Source of the DNA: Escherichia phage EcNP1 | Sequence record: NC_054910.1 | DNA: 64,000 nt | Strand: one strand, 5' to 3' | Shown here: in pieces, positions 29,297 to 38,076 of the stretch | How positions within the stretch are numbered: position 1 is the first letter of the stretch | Layout: every line of letters starts with the position of its first letter | Position numbers and translations under genes: made by a program | The notes under the pieces: generated by a model | What the model was told of the DNA's origin: nothing | The model's input: only the letters and a program-made list of their open reading frames with translations | Databases searched by the model: none

Positions 29297-30265
29297 TTAT
29301 TTCAGAAGAGTAACCTCAGCAATTTCTTCCCAACCGTTTTTGTCGGTCATAATAAAGTCAGCAAGATAAAGAGCAGTACGCAGTGAAACATTGCGTAAAC
29401 GATTAACATTAACTTTCATCCATGATAACGCTTTATAAGTTTCTTCATCCGAAAGACCGCGCTTTTGCATCATGTCAGTTGAAAGAATAACATCTTCAAC
29501 CCTGACCATAATTTCTTCATTAGTGTGAACACCCAAATCCAAATAAACTGAGCGGGACACCAATGCTTGTAAGTGTGGAGCAAGTTTAGTACCACGGTCT
29601 AATTCGCGGTCAATGTCAACGTTTGTGATAAAAACAATCGTTCCTTTAAATTCAAACTCACGGTCAATGCCTTTTTCTTCTAAGTAAGAAGATGCAGTGC
29701 TCCAGCAGACTTTACGGGTCTCTCCAGTGTCCAGAGCAGCTTTTAGAAGATTAAGAATGTCCATATCAGAGAAAACATCCACATCATCAATCAAAAGGAC
29801 AGAATTCTCTTCACGATTATTCCAAAGCTGCTCATAAAGACCAATACCAGAGATTTTACCATTAATGCTTTTATATTCAATGTATCCATTATCATTTGCT
29901 TTATTTAAAGCTTTATCTAAAGAATACGTTTTACCAATACCTGCTGCGCCAGAGATAATCAATGAACGAATATTTCCATTAATAATACCATTCGTCATCA
30001 TTCCCATAACATTAAATCTTTTATTAATGCGGGTTTTCATATCTTCATATGATTCTTTAACTTCTTCAACTTTTACACCATCATATGAAATATCTGATTT
30101 GTAAACCCAAACACCGCGACGTTTACCGTCAATTTCAACAAAAACTTTACCATCTCCTTGTGCATCTACCGGAGCATTATCTGGGAACCATTCGCCTAAG
30201 AGCTCAAAAGTTCCAGAGATTTCTTTACCGAAGTAGATACCCTTATTGATAGTTACAGTTTTCAT
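29297..30265 (-). CDS. P-loop NTPase (Walker A GAAGIGKT, Walker B LLIDDVD)
   Basis: Start set to MKTVTINK (ATG 30263-30265, RBS GGAGAA); motifs read from translation. Confidence 0.8.
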   Translation of the reverse strand: MKTVTINKGIYFGKEISGTFELLGEWFPDNAPVDAQGDGKVFVEIDGKRRGVWVYKSDISYDGVKVEEVKESYEDMKTRINKRFNVMGMMTNGIINGNIRSLIISGAAGIGKTYSLDKALNKANDNGYIEYKSINGKISGIGLYEQLWNNREENSVLLIDDVDVFSDMDILNLLKAALDTGETRKVCWSTASSYLEEKGIDREFEFKGTIVFITNVDIDRELDRGTKLAPHLQALVSRSVYLDLGVHTNEEIMVRVEDVILSTDMMQKRGLSDEETYKALSWMKVNVNRLRNVSLRTALYLADFIMTDKNGWEEIAEVTLLK

Positions 30266-30295
30266 TTTATTCTCCAATTTCACATTTGTTTTGAT

Positions 30296-30333
30296 AGGGT
30301 AATAGTATCACACTACTACCCTACTGTAAACAA
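30296..30333 (-). promoter_or_regulatory. T4-type early promoter
   Basis: Plus gggtaatagtatca...tgtaaac (30325-30331). Confidence 0.65.
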
Positions 30334-30334
30334 T

Positions 30335-30598
30335 TTATTTTAATGTTCGCCAAATTTTTACTGCTTCGCGACGAGATACTTCTACAGCTCCAAGTTCTAC
30401 GGCTTTTTGGCGGCGGCGCGCGTGTAAGTCATAATGTTTAATGCGTTTATCTTGAAACCAAGAGCGTTTCATTCCTATTGCTTCTGCCATTTCATGAAGC
30501 TCTTCAATATCTCCATCAGTGAACATATGACAATTTTTAGTTGGATGACCGCGAAGTTTCCATCCATGATTCATTAAAACATCTACGTAAACTGTCAT
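30335..30598 (-). CDS. Hypothetical protein
   Basis: ORF track 87 aa. Confidence 0.6.
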   Translation of the reverse strand: MTVYVDVLMNHGWKLRGHPTKNCHMFTDGDIEELHEMAEAIGMKRSWFQDKRIKHYDLHARRRQKAVELGAVEVSRREAVKIWRTLK

Positions 30599-30744
30599 TG
30601 ATTCTGCTCCAAATATGTTTCTATAATTTTCTGAGCGAGATAAACTGCGTTATCTTCAGTTGCATCTTCTAAGAAATTTTCAAAACAAGCTGAAATCTCT
30701 TCTGTGTCAATCAACTTTTTTACTTCAATTAACGTAGTTTTCAT
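30595..30744 (-). CDS. Small hypothetical protein
   Basis: Internal start MKTTLIEVKK with RBS GGGGGAA. Confidence 0.5.
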   Translation of the reverse strand: MKTTLIEVKKLIDTEEISACFENFLEDATEDNAVYLAQKIIETYLEQNQ

Positions 30745-30773
30745 TTTATTCCCCCAAATCCACATCAGTTGAT

Positions 30774-30811
30774 AGTTGTATAGTACCATAAAGCTTTATG
30801 CTTGTAAACAA
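30774..30811 (-). promoter_or_regulatory. T4-type early promoter
   Basis: Plus gttgatagttgtatagtacca...tgtaaacaactttgtga (30803-30809). Confidence 0.7.
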
Positions 30812-30832
30812 CTTTGTGACGTCATTTTAAAC

Positions 30833-30856
30833 AAAAAAGGGAGCCCGAAGGCTCCC
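30833..30856 (-). terminator. Rho-independent terminator (UUCG hairpin)
   Basis: Minus RNA GGGAGCCUUCGGGCUCCC followed by UUUUUU, just after 30859 stop. Confidence 0.75.
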
Positions 30857-30858
30857 TA

Positions 30859-31872
30859 TCATTTATAATAACTTCGGTGGTTTTCAAGATATACCTCTTC
30901 AACGAACTTGTCCCAGAACTTCATGTCTACCTTATCAGGCATACCGTTCTTAGCTGCCTGGATGGCTAGGACTTCAACCAAATCAACAGTATCTTCAAGA
31001 AGTTCTTGAACTTCTTTAAATGGTAATTCACCGGCTTTAATCAGCTTAATGATAGAGGCTTCGCGCAATGGGAACGCCAAATCACCTGTTTGGTAGATTT
31101 CCATCAATTGATACCCTGCGCGATAAGCATGACTCAGAGCTTTCCAGTCAATACCTTCATTAGCTTCAGCCTTACGAGCACGTTCACCATATTCCGCATC
31201 GAGCTTATTCAGAGATTGCTTGAGCTCGATTAAAGACAAGGTGGTTTGGTACTTACGTCCAAGAACAGTATAGAACGTTTGAGGACCTGTTTTCTCGTGG
31301 TTATGGAATACCCATTCACAGAACTCGTTTTCAGGAAGCCGATGTTTAATATCTACAATTTTAGTACGACGTTGTCCTTGTGTTCCATCTTCTCGGTAAT
31401 CAACCCACTGATCGGGGATTTGATTAACTACTTTCAATACATTACGCAATGCAGCCAAACGAGAACCCTTAACACCATATTTAGAAGCTTGCTTACGCAC
31501 ATATCCTAAATAGGCTTTCATGTTAGTTGTATAAAACCGTGAACGATTGTCTTGGATAAATTTCCATACATCAGGCAAATCAGATTTAACTACTAGTTCA
31601 GGCGGAGTGTGAAGCATATCCAATGCTACAGTTTCACCGTCTGCTGCTAATTTAAAGAAATACTTAAGACTGTATAGTTCATGGTCAATATCATCTTTAG
31701 TGTTTTTAGATGATGTGTTGTTAGTGTTTTTACTCATATGCTCTTTAACATTTCCGATAAGAATATCGCGAGCAGGAGGAACAAAGATTTCTTTAAAATC
31801 TACATCAGATTCTGGAGTAGAAGTTCCATAAAGATGACTACCAAAATAGCTTTTCATTACTGTTTTCATCAT
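30859..31872 (-). CDS. Nucleotidyltransferase-fold protein (GS-x10-DVD motif)
   Basis: 337 aa; N-terminal YFGSHLYGTSTPESDVDF resembles Pol-beta-type NTase signature. Confidence 0.78.
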   Translation of the reverse strand: MMKTVMKSYFGSHLYGTSTPESDVDFKEIFVPPARDILIGNVKEHMSKNTNNTSSKNTKDDIDHELYSLKYFFKLAADGETVALDMLHTPPELVVKSDLPDVWKFIQDNRSRFYTTNMKAYLGYVRKQASKYGVKGSRLAALRNVLKVVNQIPDQWVDYREDGTQGQRRTKIVDIKHRLPENEFCEWVFHNHEKTGPQTFYTVLGRKYQTTLSLIELKQSLNKLDAEYGERARKAEANEGIDWKALSHAYRAGYQLMEIYQTGDLAFPLREASIIKLIKAGELPFKEVQELLEDTVDLVEVLAIQAAKNGMPDKVDMKFWDKFVEEVYLENHRSYYK

Positions 31873-32342
31873 TCAGCCTTATATTCAATAACAGGACATA
31901 CTTTAGCTTTACGAGCTTTTAAAAATTCGACGATAATAGATTTCTTGGGTTGAATAGGAGGTAAACCTTTATACGCCCTATCAATATTTTCTACATGTAA
32001 AGCATAATCCTTTTTCCATTTATAATCTTTATATTTTTCATGCAATTGTGCAGGAATAACAAATGAACCGATAATAAGTAAAACAAGCAAAATGGCAAGT
32101 ATAAATGCTGCTGGAATAAGAGTCCATAAACTACCAAAAATAAGCCATTTCTGTATGATTTCTGCACAGATGATAGTTAGACCTGCGAGTATAGTACATC
32201 CGAAAAAAGAAACGAAAAATGTAGGAATAACAATAGACCAAAAATACGCGCATAGTGTCTTAGGCCGTTTCCATTCATCATTAAACATTTTGAATAATTT
32301 ATAGTGCCAAGAGCTTTCATTAATAATCATAATTATAATCAT
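31869..32342 (-). CDS. Membrane protein (multiple TM helices)
   Basis: ORF track 157 aa, strongly hydrophobic. Confidence 0.65.
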   Translation of the reverse strand: MIIIMIINESSWHYKLFKMFNDEWKRPKTLCAYFWSIVIPTFFVSFFGCTILAGLTIICAEIIQKWLIFGSLWTLIPAAFILAILLVLLIIGSFVIPAQLHEKYKDYKWKKDYALHVENIDRAYKGLPPIQPKKSIIVEFLKARKAKVCPVIEYKAE

Positions 32343-32860
32343 CCTTTCATTGAAGGTGTAACAGTTGTTAAATACTTAATCATAGCTTCAGCTTCTGATT
32401 TTGATAATGAAATTTCTCCATTGTTTTGACGAATAGAAATAAAATCTGGATGACGGTCACCACCAGCTTTCAAAACACACATATAAGTATCAGTTTCATC
32501 TTCAATATTTGAAATGATTGAAGCAGTTCCACATGAATGCGGTTTTTGATAAATCAATACGGCTTTTCTTCCACCGTTTGACTGTTCATAAACTTTTAAC
32601 ACATCAAACAAATCACTTCTTTTATCAATAGCTAAGATGTTGTTTTCATCTTCAATGTTAAATCCTTCGGATACTTCATAAAGTGTCACCCATAAATCAC
32701 CTATATCGATAGTAGCATTTTCCTTTCCATGACTTTCAAGAGTATGACAAATTTTCTTGATTTCGTCATAACTCATTTTAATAATATCATCTCCTTGAAT
32801 AAGGAAGATGTCATTTTTAAATTCAACACGAATTAAACCACTTTCACTTGAAATAAACAT
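32339..32860 (-). CDS. Hypothetical protein (paralog of 32867..33424)
   Basis: ORF track 173 aa; C-terminal similarity to neighbor. Confidence 0.68.
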   Translation of the reverse strand: MFISSESGLIRVEFKNDIFLIQGDDIIKMSYDEIKKICHTLESHGKENATIDIGDLWVTLYEVSEGFNIEDENNILAIDKRSDLFDVLKVYEQSNGGRKAVLIYQKPHSCGTASIISNIEDETDTYMCVLKAGGDRHPDFISIRQNNGEISLSKSEAEAMIKYLTTVTPSMKG

Positions 32861-32866
32861 ATTTCC

Positions 32867-33424
32867 TCACTTTGAAATCATAGTTGGAATGACAGAATCA
32901 AGATAAGTCTTTAGCGCAATAGCTTCGTCTTTGGTAAATGTGACAATATGTGATCGAAAATCGTCAATTTGACGAATAGTTAAGACATCTCCCTCTTCAT
33001 AACATTTTGATACATTTAAAACAGTTTCATAATTTTGATTACAAGCGTTAGTAATAATAGCATTGCAATTTTTAAACCATTTTAAACCATGTTTTCTTTC
33101 ATTAGAATAATAGAAATATTTAATCTTAGCTATAAAATTATCCCAATTATTAATTGATAAGCATATTGACTCGCTTTCAATATTAAATCCTGGGCATAAA
33201 GAATAAAAATGAATTTTATGCTCATCATTAATGCTTACAATTTTATCAGTGTAAGGTTTTTCAATTTGGGTTAAATGAATAATTTCGCTAGGCGTAAAAT
33301 ATAGCATATCGTCTTCTTGCGTCAAACGATACATATTATTTACTTTTTCTATAGCCAATTCACCAAAAAGTGAACTAACTTCTAGTACTAATCGTTTCAT
33401 ATTGATTCTCTTCGACTCACTCAC
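32867..33424 (-). CDS. Hypothetical protein (paralog of 32339..32860)
   Basis: ORF track 185 aa. Confidence 0.68.
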   Translation of the reverse strand: MSESKRINMKRLVLEVSSLFGELAIEKVNNMYRLTQEDDMLYFTPSEIIHLTQIEKPYTDKIVSINDEHKIHFYSLCPGFNIESESICLSINNWDNFIAKIKYFYYSNERKHGLKWFKNCNAIITNACNQNYETVLNVSKCYEEGDVLTIRQIDDFRSHIVTFTKDEAIALKTYLDSVIPTMISK

Positions 33425-33555
33425 AATTACATACTCCTTTGAATAATATCAATAATGTTGTTCACCAGATTATAAGTAAACATTGGGTAATTATATTGAA
33501 TCATCACATACACAACAAACAAAACTTTCATTCTCTTCTCCTTGGCAGTTGGCAA

Positions 33556-33591
33556 GATTACTATACCATAACCTTGCCAACTTGTAAACCG
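33556..33591 (-). promoter_or_regulatory. T4-type early promoter
   Basis: Plus ttactatacca...tgtaaac (33583-33589). Confidence 0.6.
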
Positions 33592-33754
33592 TTAAATGAC
33601 GTTTTCAATAAAATTCTGAAGCTTTGTGTGAGCATCAACCATGATTTTCATTTCTTCCTTTGCGAAAGCTGTGCCTCTTTCACGAGAAGAATACTCATAG
33701 TCAGAAACTGCATTAGCATATTCTTCAATTAGCTTCATTAAAAACATCTGCTTT

Positions 33755-33949
33755 TCAGTTTTCATTATTCCACCTAATCATTTCAAGATATTGAACTAAC
33801 TTAGCTTTGGATTTATCCAAATCCTTTTTAGCTGCTGCTATACCTTCGTATGAATATCCTTCGCAATGCTCAACTGCTAATTGATATGAATCTATTTCAA
33901 CATCACGTGCTAATTTAATGATTTTTTCAAACTGTTCGTGTGTCAGCAT
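33755..33949 (-). CDS. Hypothetical protein
   Basis: ORF track 64 aa. Confidence 0.55.
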   Translation of the reverse strand: MLTHEQFEKIIKLARDVEIDSYQLAVEHCEGYSYEGIAAAKKDLDKSKAKLVQYLEMIRWNNEN

Positions 33950-33951
33950 AC

Positions 33952-34155
33952 TTAAACTCTCGTATTGTGATCGATAATTTCATCAAGAAACATATCTAAA
34001 GCTTCTACAGCATTATCAACTTTAGCTTCAAGTTCTTCAGCGCCTTTATTTGCAATGCCTGCCGAAAACCAAGCAAAGTCACTAAGTTCCTCGTCTGCTT
34101 TGCGAATTAAAGCTACCAATTCTTTAATTTTATCTGCTTGTTCGATACTAATCAT
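33952..34155 (-). CDS. Hypothetical acidic protein
   Basis: Internal start MISIEQADK with RBS GGTGGA; TAATG overlap with upstream stop. Confidence 0.55.
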   Translation of the reverse strand: MISIEQADKIKELVALIRKADEELSDFAWFSAGIANKGAEELEAKVDNAVEALDMFLDEIIDHNTRV

Positions 34156-34343
34156 TATTCCACCACATATGAAAGAGAGAATATTGCACACGCCATATGA
34201 GTTGCAGCTTCATCACACATATCATAGCGTTTCTTAAGAAGTTCTACAAGTTCTTCACTAGTAACTTCATCCATGTCGACGAAAAAATCACCATTAATGA
34301 TAACGTAGATATTTCCTTCTTGATTAAGTGCTTCAATTTTCAT
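34155..34343 (-). CDS. Hypothetical protein
   Basis: Internal start MKIEALNQ with RBS GGAGAA. Confidence 0.55.
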   Translation of the reverse strand: MKIEALNQEGNIYVIINGDFFVDMDEVTSEELVELLKKRYDMCDEAATHMACAIFSLSYVVE

Positions 34344-34365
34344 GATGTTCTCCTCTTTATCCGAT

Positions 34366-34403
34366 GGTTGTATAATATCACAGCTCAAATAGAAAGTAAA
34401 CCG
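34366..34403 (-). promoter_or_regulatory. T4-type early promoter
   Basis: Plus ttgtataatatca...agtaaac (34395-34401). Confidence 0.6.
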
Positions 34404-34439
34404 GTAAAATGAAAAAAGGACTCCCGAAGGAGACTAATG

Positions 34440-34826
34440 TTATTCGAGGGAAAGAAGATATTTGCTCTGGTAAAACATTCCAGTAATATCATCTATCGTG
34501 CTTTGAATGGCTGGAGGCATTTCTTTATAAATGCTGTTAGATTGGTCTAGTATGCGATCAATCATTTTAATTGTGTCGGTAGGAAGTTTACTAGCATCTG
34601 GAATTGAAGGTGTGTATTTTCTACCAGAATACCCCAAATATTGCTCGCCAAATTTATCAATCAAATCTGGCAACTCAGAGAAAATAAAATCGTATGCCTT
34701 GTGTCTAACATAACTTTTAGTTTCAAAATGCGCAGAATGAAAATAAGCTTGTGCAGCCATTAATAAACCTAAGTATTCATCTGCCTTTGAAGGTTTTCCA
34801 CTTTGTGAAAAGTCGCTGAATTTCAT
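34440..34826 (-). CDS. Hypothetical protein (T4 rI.1 position)
   Basis: ORF track 128 aa. Confidence 0.75.
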   Translation of the reverse strand: MKFSDFSQSGKPSKADEYLGLLMAAQAYFHSAHFETKSYVRHKAYDFIFSELPDLIDKFGEQYLGYSGRKYTPSIPDASKLPTDTIKMIDRILDQSNSIYKEMPPAIQSTIDDITGMFYQSKYLLSLE

Positions 34827-35116
34827 TCAGTCTCCAATTTAATGTTCATAATTCTAGCGTATGATTGTGCCATCTCCGCGCCTCGTTCTATACATTCAAA
34901 ATCGGAAGAGCACGGGTCATTTTTATAGGTCGTTCGCATAAAACTATAGAACTGTTCAGATGATTCTACGCTTTTATTTTCAAAAAGCATATAAACATGT
35001 CTAATACCAGATTCCATAAATTTATCAAAATGAGGATCGACATTCGCTTCAATCGGTGGAGATAAAGCAAATGCTAATCCTAGCATGGCAAATAATGCCG
35101 TTGCTTTTAAGGCCAT
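34823..35116 (-). CDS. rI: Lysis inhibition regulator rI (signal peptide)
   Basis: 97 aa, matches T4 RI as recalled. Confidence 0.9.
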   Translation of the reverse strand: MALKATALFAMLGLAFALSPPIEANVDPHFDKFMESGIRHVYMLFENKSVESSEQFYSFMRTTYKNDPCSSDFECIERGAEMAQSYARIMNIKLETE

Positions 35117-35128
35117 AAAGGCCTCCTA

Positions 35129-35341
35129 TCATTTTTGTCCTGTATTTACTTTATGCCGATGCACGGCCTTAACTTTATCAAGGTATTTTTCAAAATTTCG
35201 CAATCTAGTATAGTCTGCCGGAGATTGGTTGAGTGATACTTCTCGACGCAAAGCTGAAATGATATTTCCAACTTCCCTACGAATTTCATCTAATTGAAGA
35301 ACAGTAAGATTGCGAAGTTGCTTTTCAGTTAATTGTAGCAT
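35129..35341 (-). CDS. Hypothetical protein (T4 rI.-1 position)
   Basis: ORF track 70 aa. Confidence 0.65.
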
Positions 35342-35365
35342 ATATACCCCTTTAGTTAGATAAAC

Positions 35366-35373
35366 CTATTTAT
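35366..35373 (-). promoter_or_regulatory. Late promoter TATAAATA
   Basis: Plus tatttata, reverse complement of TATAAATA, upstream of rI-region genes. Confidence 0.5.
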
Positions 35374-35383
35374 AACTTTTGCA

Positions 35384-35965
35384 CTAACCGAGCTTTTTAG
35401 TTAATTCATTCCAATGTTTTCTGCACAAAGAAACATAAATTTCATCACCAATACAGATTTGATTACCTTCTTTAACTGGTGTTCCATCTTCCATTAATCG
35501 AGCCGTCATAATCGCTTTTTTACCGCAATGACAAACTGCCTTTAGTTCAATAAGTTTATCTGCAATCGCCAAAAGTTCTTTAGAACCTTCAAATAATTTT
35601 CCGGCGAAATCAGTCCTTAGACCATAAGCCATAACAGGAACATTATATGTATCAACAATTCGACTTAATTGATGCACCTGTTCAGTTTTTAAAAACTGGG
35701 CTTCATCTACAAATACACAATGAATATCTTTTTGTGCTTCAGCCCATTTATAGAACTCAAAAATATCCATATCATCCGTAATAATATTCGCTTCCTGCTT
35801 AATTCCAATACGAGAAACGACTTCACAGACAGAATCGCGAGTATCAATAGCAGGCTTAAGAACTAATACACCCATTCCGCGTTCTTTATAATTATGCGCA
35901 GCAGTCAAAAGAGAAGCAGATTTTCCAGCATTCATTGCTGCATAAGTAAAAATTAAACTCGCCAT
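35384..35965 (-). CDS. tk: Thymidine kinase
   Basis: 193 aa; P-loop NAGKSAS; matches T4 Tk as recalled. Confidence 0.95.
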   Translation of the reverse strand: MASLIFTYAAMNAGKSASLLTAAHNYKERGMGVLVLKPAIDTRDSVCEVVSRIGIKQEANIITDDMDIFEFYKWAEAQKDIHCVFVDEAQFLKTEQVHQLSRIVDTYNVPVMAYGLRTDFAGKLFEGSKELLAIADKLIELKAVCHCGKKAIMTARLMEDGTPVKEGNQICIGDEIYVSLCRKHWNELTKKLG

Positions 35966-35974
35966 ATCACCTTC

Positions 35975-36160
35975 TTAAAGCGTATTCACATAAGCTATTA
36001 ATTCGTTTTCTTTCTTATCAAACCGATCAGCAAATTCTTCCTGCTGTTCGGGAGATAGCGGGCCGTATTCATCATAAAAGGTGTTTGCTTCTGCATGTTC
36101 ATCTAGAAGTTCATGGATAAGCTCAAACAATTTATCTTTTTGTTCTTTACTCAGACTCAT
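35975..36160 (-). CDS. Hypothetical acidic protein
   Basis: ORF track 61 aa. Confidence 0.6.
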   Translation of the reverse strand: MSLSKEQKDKLFELIHELLDEHAEANTFYDEYGPLSPEQQEEFADRFDKKENELIAYVNTL

Positions 36161-36330
36161 ATATTAATTTCCAGGAGTTTTAAAATAATTCGCTTTTGCT
36201 TAAATATTTCCGTAGTTAAATGGTCAGTATCTTTTTGACCGATTCCAACGGCAAAACCTTTATTAACAGCGAGTTCAATTAAATTATCAAGCTCACGTAA
36301 CACTTCATATTGTAACTCAAAATTATTCAT
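36157..36330 (-). CDS. Small hypothetical protein, 57 aa
   Basis: Manual translation MNNFELQYEVLREL...; ATGA overlaps at both ends; below ORF-track cutoff. Confidence 0.4.
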   Translation of the reverse strand: MNNFELQYEVLRELDNLIELAVNKGFAVGIGQKDTDHLTTEIFKQKRIILKLLEINI

Positions 36331-36533
36331 TTTGGTTTACCTTCTTTAACGAAATCAGGATAAGGATAAAATCCTGAATAAAATCCTTCACCTTTATGAT
36401 TGATGCATCCTTTATTAGAACAATAGCACCAATAGTCAAAATCACAGGCCATTTCATCATTACATAAAGCAAAAACAACAGGCCATTTACACTTTTCACA
36501 ATGGGCATTTTTAAGAATACTAGTTTGGCTCAT
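36327..36533 (-). CDS. Cys-rich small protein
   Basis: ATG at 36531-36533 overlaps upstream stop (ATGA); ORF track starts at TTG 36554. Confidence 0.55.
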   Translation of the reverse strand: MSQTSILKNAHCEKCKWPVVFALCNDEMACDFDYWCYCSNKGCINHKGEGFYSGFYPYPDFVKEGKPK

Positions 36534-36742
36534 AACCATGTAACCTTTAAGCAATATTCTTCTACATGTTGTTTACGACCTTTCCTATCAATAAAGGTAT
36601 ATTCAACGAATGTTCCAATATAGTCTTTATCTACATCATGAGGACTATTAATTGGGCATTTAGTACGGCAAATGCGTTCCCATTGACGAATAATTTCTGC
36701 TTTGTTTTTAGGATCAAACGGATGCGGGTAATGTACTTTCAT
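36530..36742 (-). CDS. Hypothetical protein
   Basis: ORF track 70 aa; ATG confirmed. Confidence 0.6.
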   Translation of the reverse strand: MKVHYPHPFDPKNKAEIIRQWERICRTKCPINSPHDVDKDYIGTFVEYTFIDRKGRKQHVEEYCLKVTWL

Positions 36743-37193
36743 AATCCACCACTATCAAATCAATATCAGGAGTAAACATGTCGATTAATTTAGAAACCTT
36801 ATCCCAATCACCGCCAGCAATACCACAACCTATGCGTGGAATGTAAATTACTGGTTTAAACAAAAGGGTTTCTGCCTGTAGATTTAATTCTATCATGCAG
36901 TTTACTAAAGCACCATAATCAAGATTAGGACCCGGTTCGTATTGCGTATACAGATTATAGCATATACCAAATCCTGTAGGATTATGTTTAAAAACAATAG
37001 ACATATCGCCTAATTTATCACGAGAACCATATTCAGTAGTGGTTTTATCTATTTCTAAAATTTTAGGATAAGCCCTTGCTAATTGACCCGCTACACCTGA
37101 ACCCATAGTATGAAAACAGTTGCACCCGTGCGCAATAATATTACCTTGAAGAAATAGGGCGACAATATCGCCCTTGATATATTTTACAATCAT
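36714..37193 (-). CDS. Macro-domain-like protein (predicted ADP-ribose binding/processing)
   Basis: 159 aa; motifs HGCNCFHTMGSGVAGQLA and IPRIGCGIAGGDW resemble macro-domain loops; ATGA overlap with upstream gene. Confidence 0.7.
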   Translation of the reverse strand: MIVKYIKGDIVALFLQGNIIAHGCNCFHTMGSGVAGQLARAYPKILEIDKTTTEYGSRDKLGDMSIVFKHNPTGFGICYNLYTQYEPGPNLDYGALVNCMIELNLQAETLLFKPVIYIPRIGCGIAGGDWDKVSKLIDMFTPDIDLIVVDYESTLPASV

Positions 37194-37531
37194 CTAGTAC
37201 TCAATCCTCGATTATAAGAATCTACCAAACGGTCAACCATTGAATGACAAGCGGCTTTATCTTTCTCCTCCGCAACTGAACATTCTAAGGTATTCCACTT
37301 TTTAGCATATCGTTTTAATAAAGTATCGTTCTTGTATCTGCTTGATTTATCTCTTTCTCCGTCTTTATATGCATATATTAATTTCTGCGCAAATTCAGCT
37401 TGGCATGCTTTATTTTTCCCACAATAATCCGCGGCAGTACGGTTTACATACTCTCTAATTTCAGTGTATGATGTATTTGCTAACGCAGAAAATGAAATTA
37501 ATCCTACACATAAAACCAAAATTTTAGTCAT
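37190..37531 (-). CDS. Small secreted protein (signal peptide)
   Basis: 113 aa; N-terminal MTKILVLCVGLISFSALA. Confidence 0.7.
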   Translation of the reverse strand: MTKILVLCVGLISFSALANTSYTEIREYVNRTAADYCGKNKACQAEFAQKLIYAYKDGERDKSSRYKNDTLLKRYAKKWNTLECSVAEEKDKAACHSMVDRLVDSYNRGLSTR

Positions 37532-38069
37532 TTACTATTTCCAACAGTTTATTATTTTTAAGGTAGTTAGCCTTTTCTAGGACTTCAGAAGCATATTTAG
37601 AACCTGCTTTAACATTCCATCCCGAATTATAAGAGGATATTGCCTTTCTTATATCGCCCTTATGTATATTTAACCAATAAGAAAGTTCAATGTACGCCCA
37701 GGAAGCTGAATTGGACCGTTTATTCAACATTCTTTTTATTTCAGCATCGGTCATATTATAACCAAGTTCCTTAACTCTTGCTCGCATGGTCGGCAAATAA
37801 TTTTGGAACATTCCATAGGCATGATGCTTTGGTTTAGATTTTAAATTAACTCCGGCAGAGCTTTCTTGCCATAAAATAGCAGCCATTATATGACCTAATC
37901 CGCTCTTGTGGATATTTTTATGTGTTTTATATTTTCCATCCTTGGAAAATTGTTCCCCGAATTGATACGCGTAACGCATGTTATCGAGTTGGACATTACT
38001 GAAAGTATGCTCGGAGCTATGTGCCATCATAGAAATGGCCAATAGACCAGCGAGTAGTGCTTTTCTCAT
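37524..38069 (-). CDS. Periplasmic lytic transglycosylase-like protein (SLT motifs)
   Basis: 181 aa; signal peptide; motifs WQESSAG, YGMFQ, SYNSG. Confidence 0.75.
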   Translation of the reverse strand: MRKALLAGLLAISMMAHSSEHTFSNVQLDNMRYAYQFGEQFSKDGKYKTHKNIHKSGLGHIMAAILWQESSAGVNLKSKPKHHAYGMFQNYLPTMRARVKELGYNMTDAEIKRMLNKRSNSASWAYIELSYWLNIHKGDIRKAISSYNSGWNVKAGSKYASEVLEKANYLKNNKLLEIVND

Positions 38070-38076
38070 GCTTACC

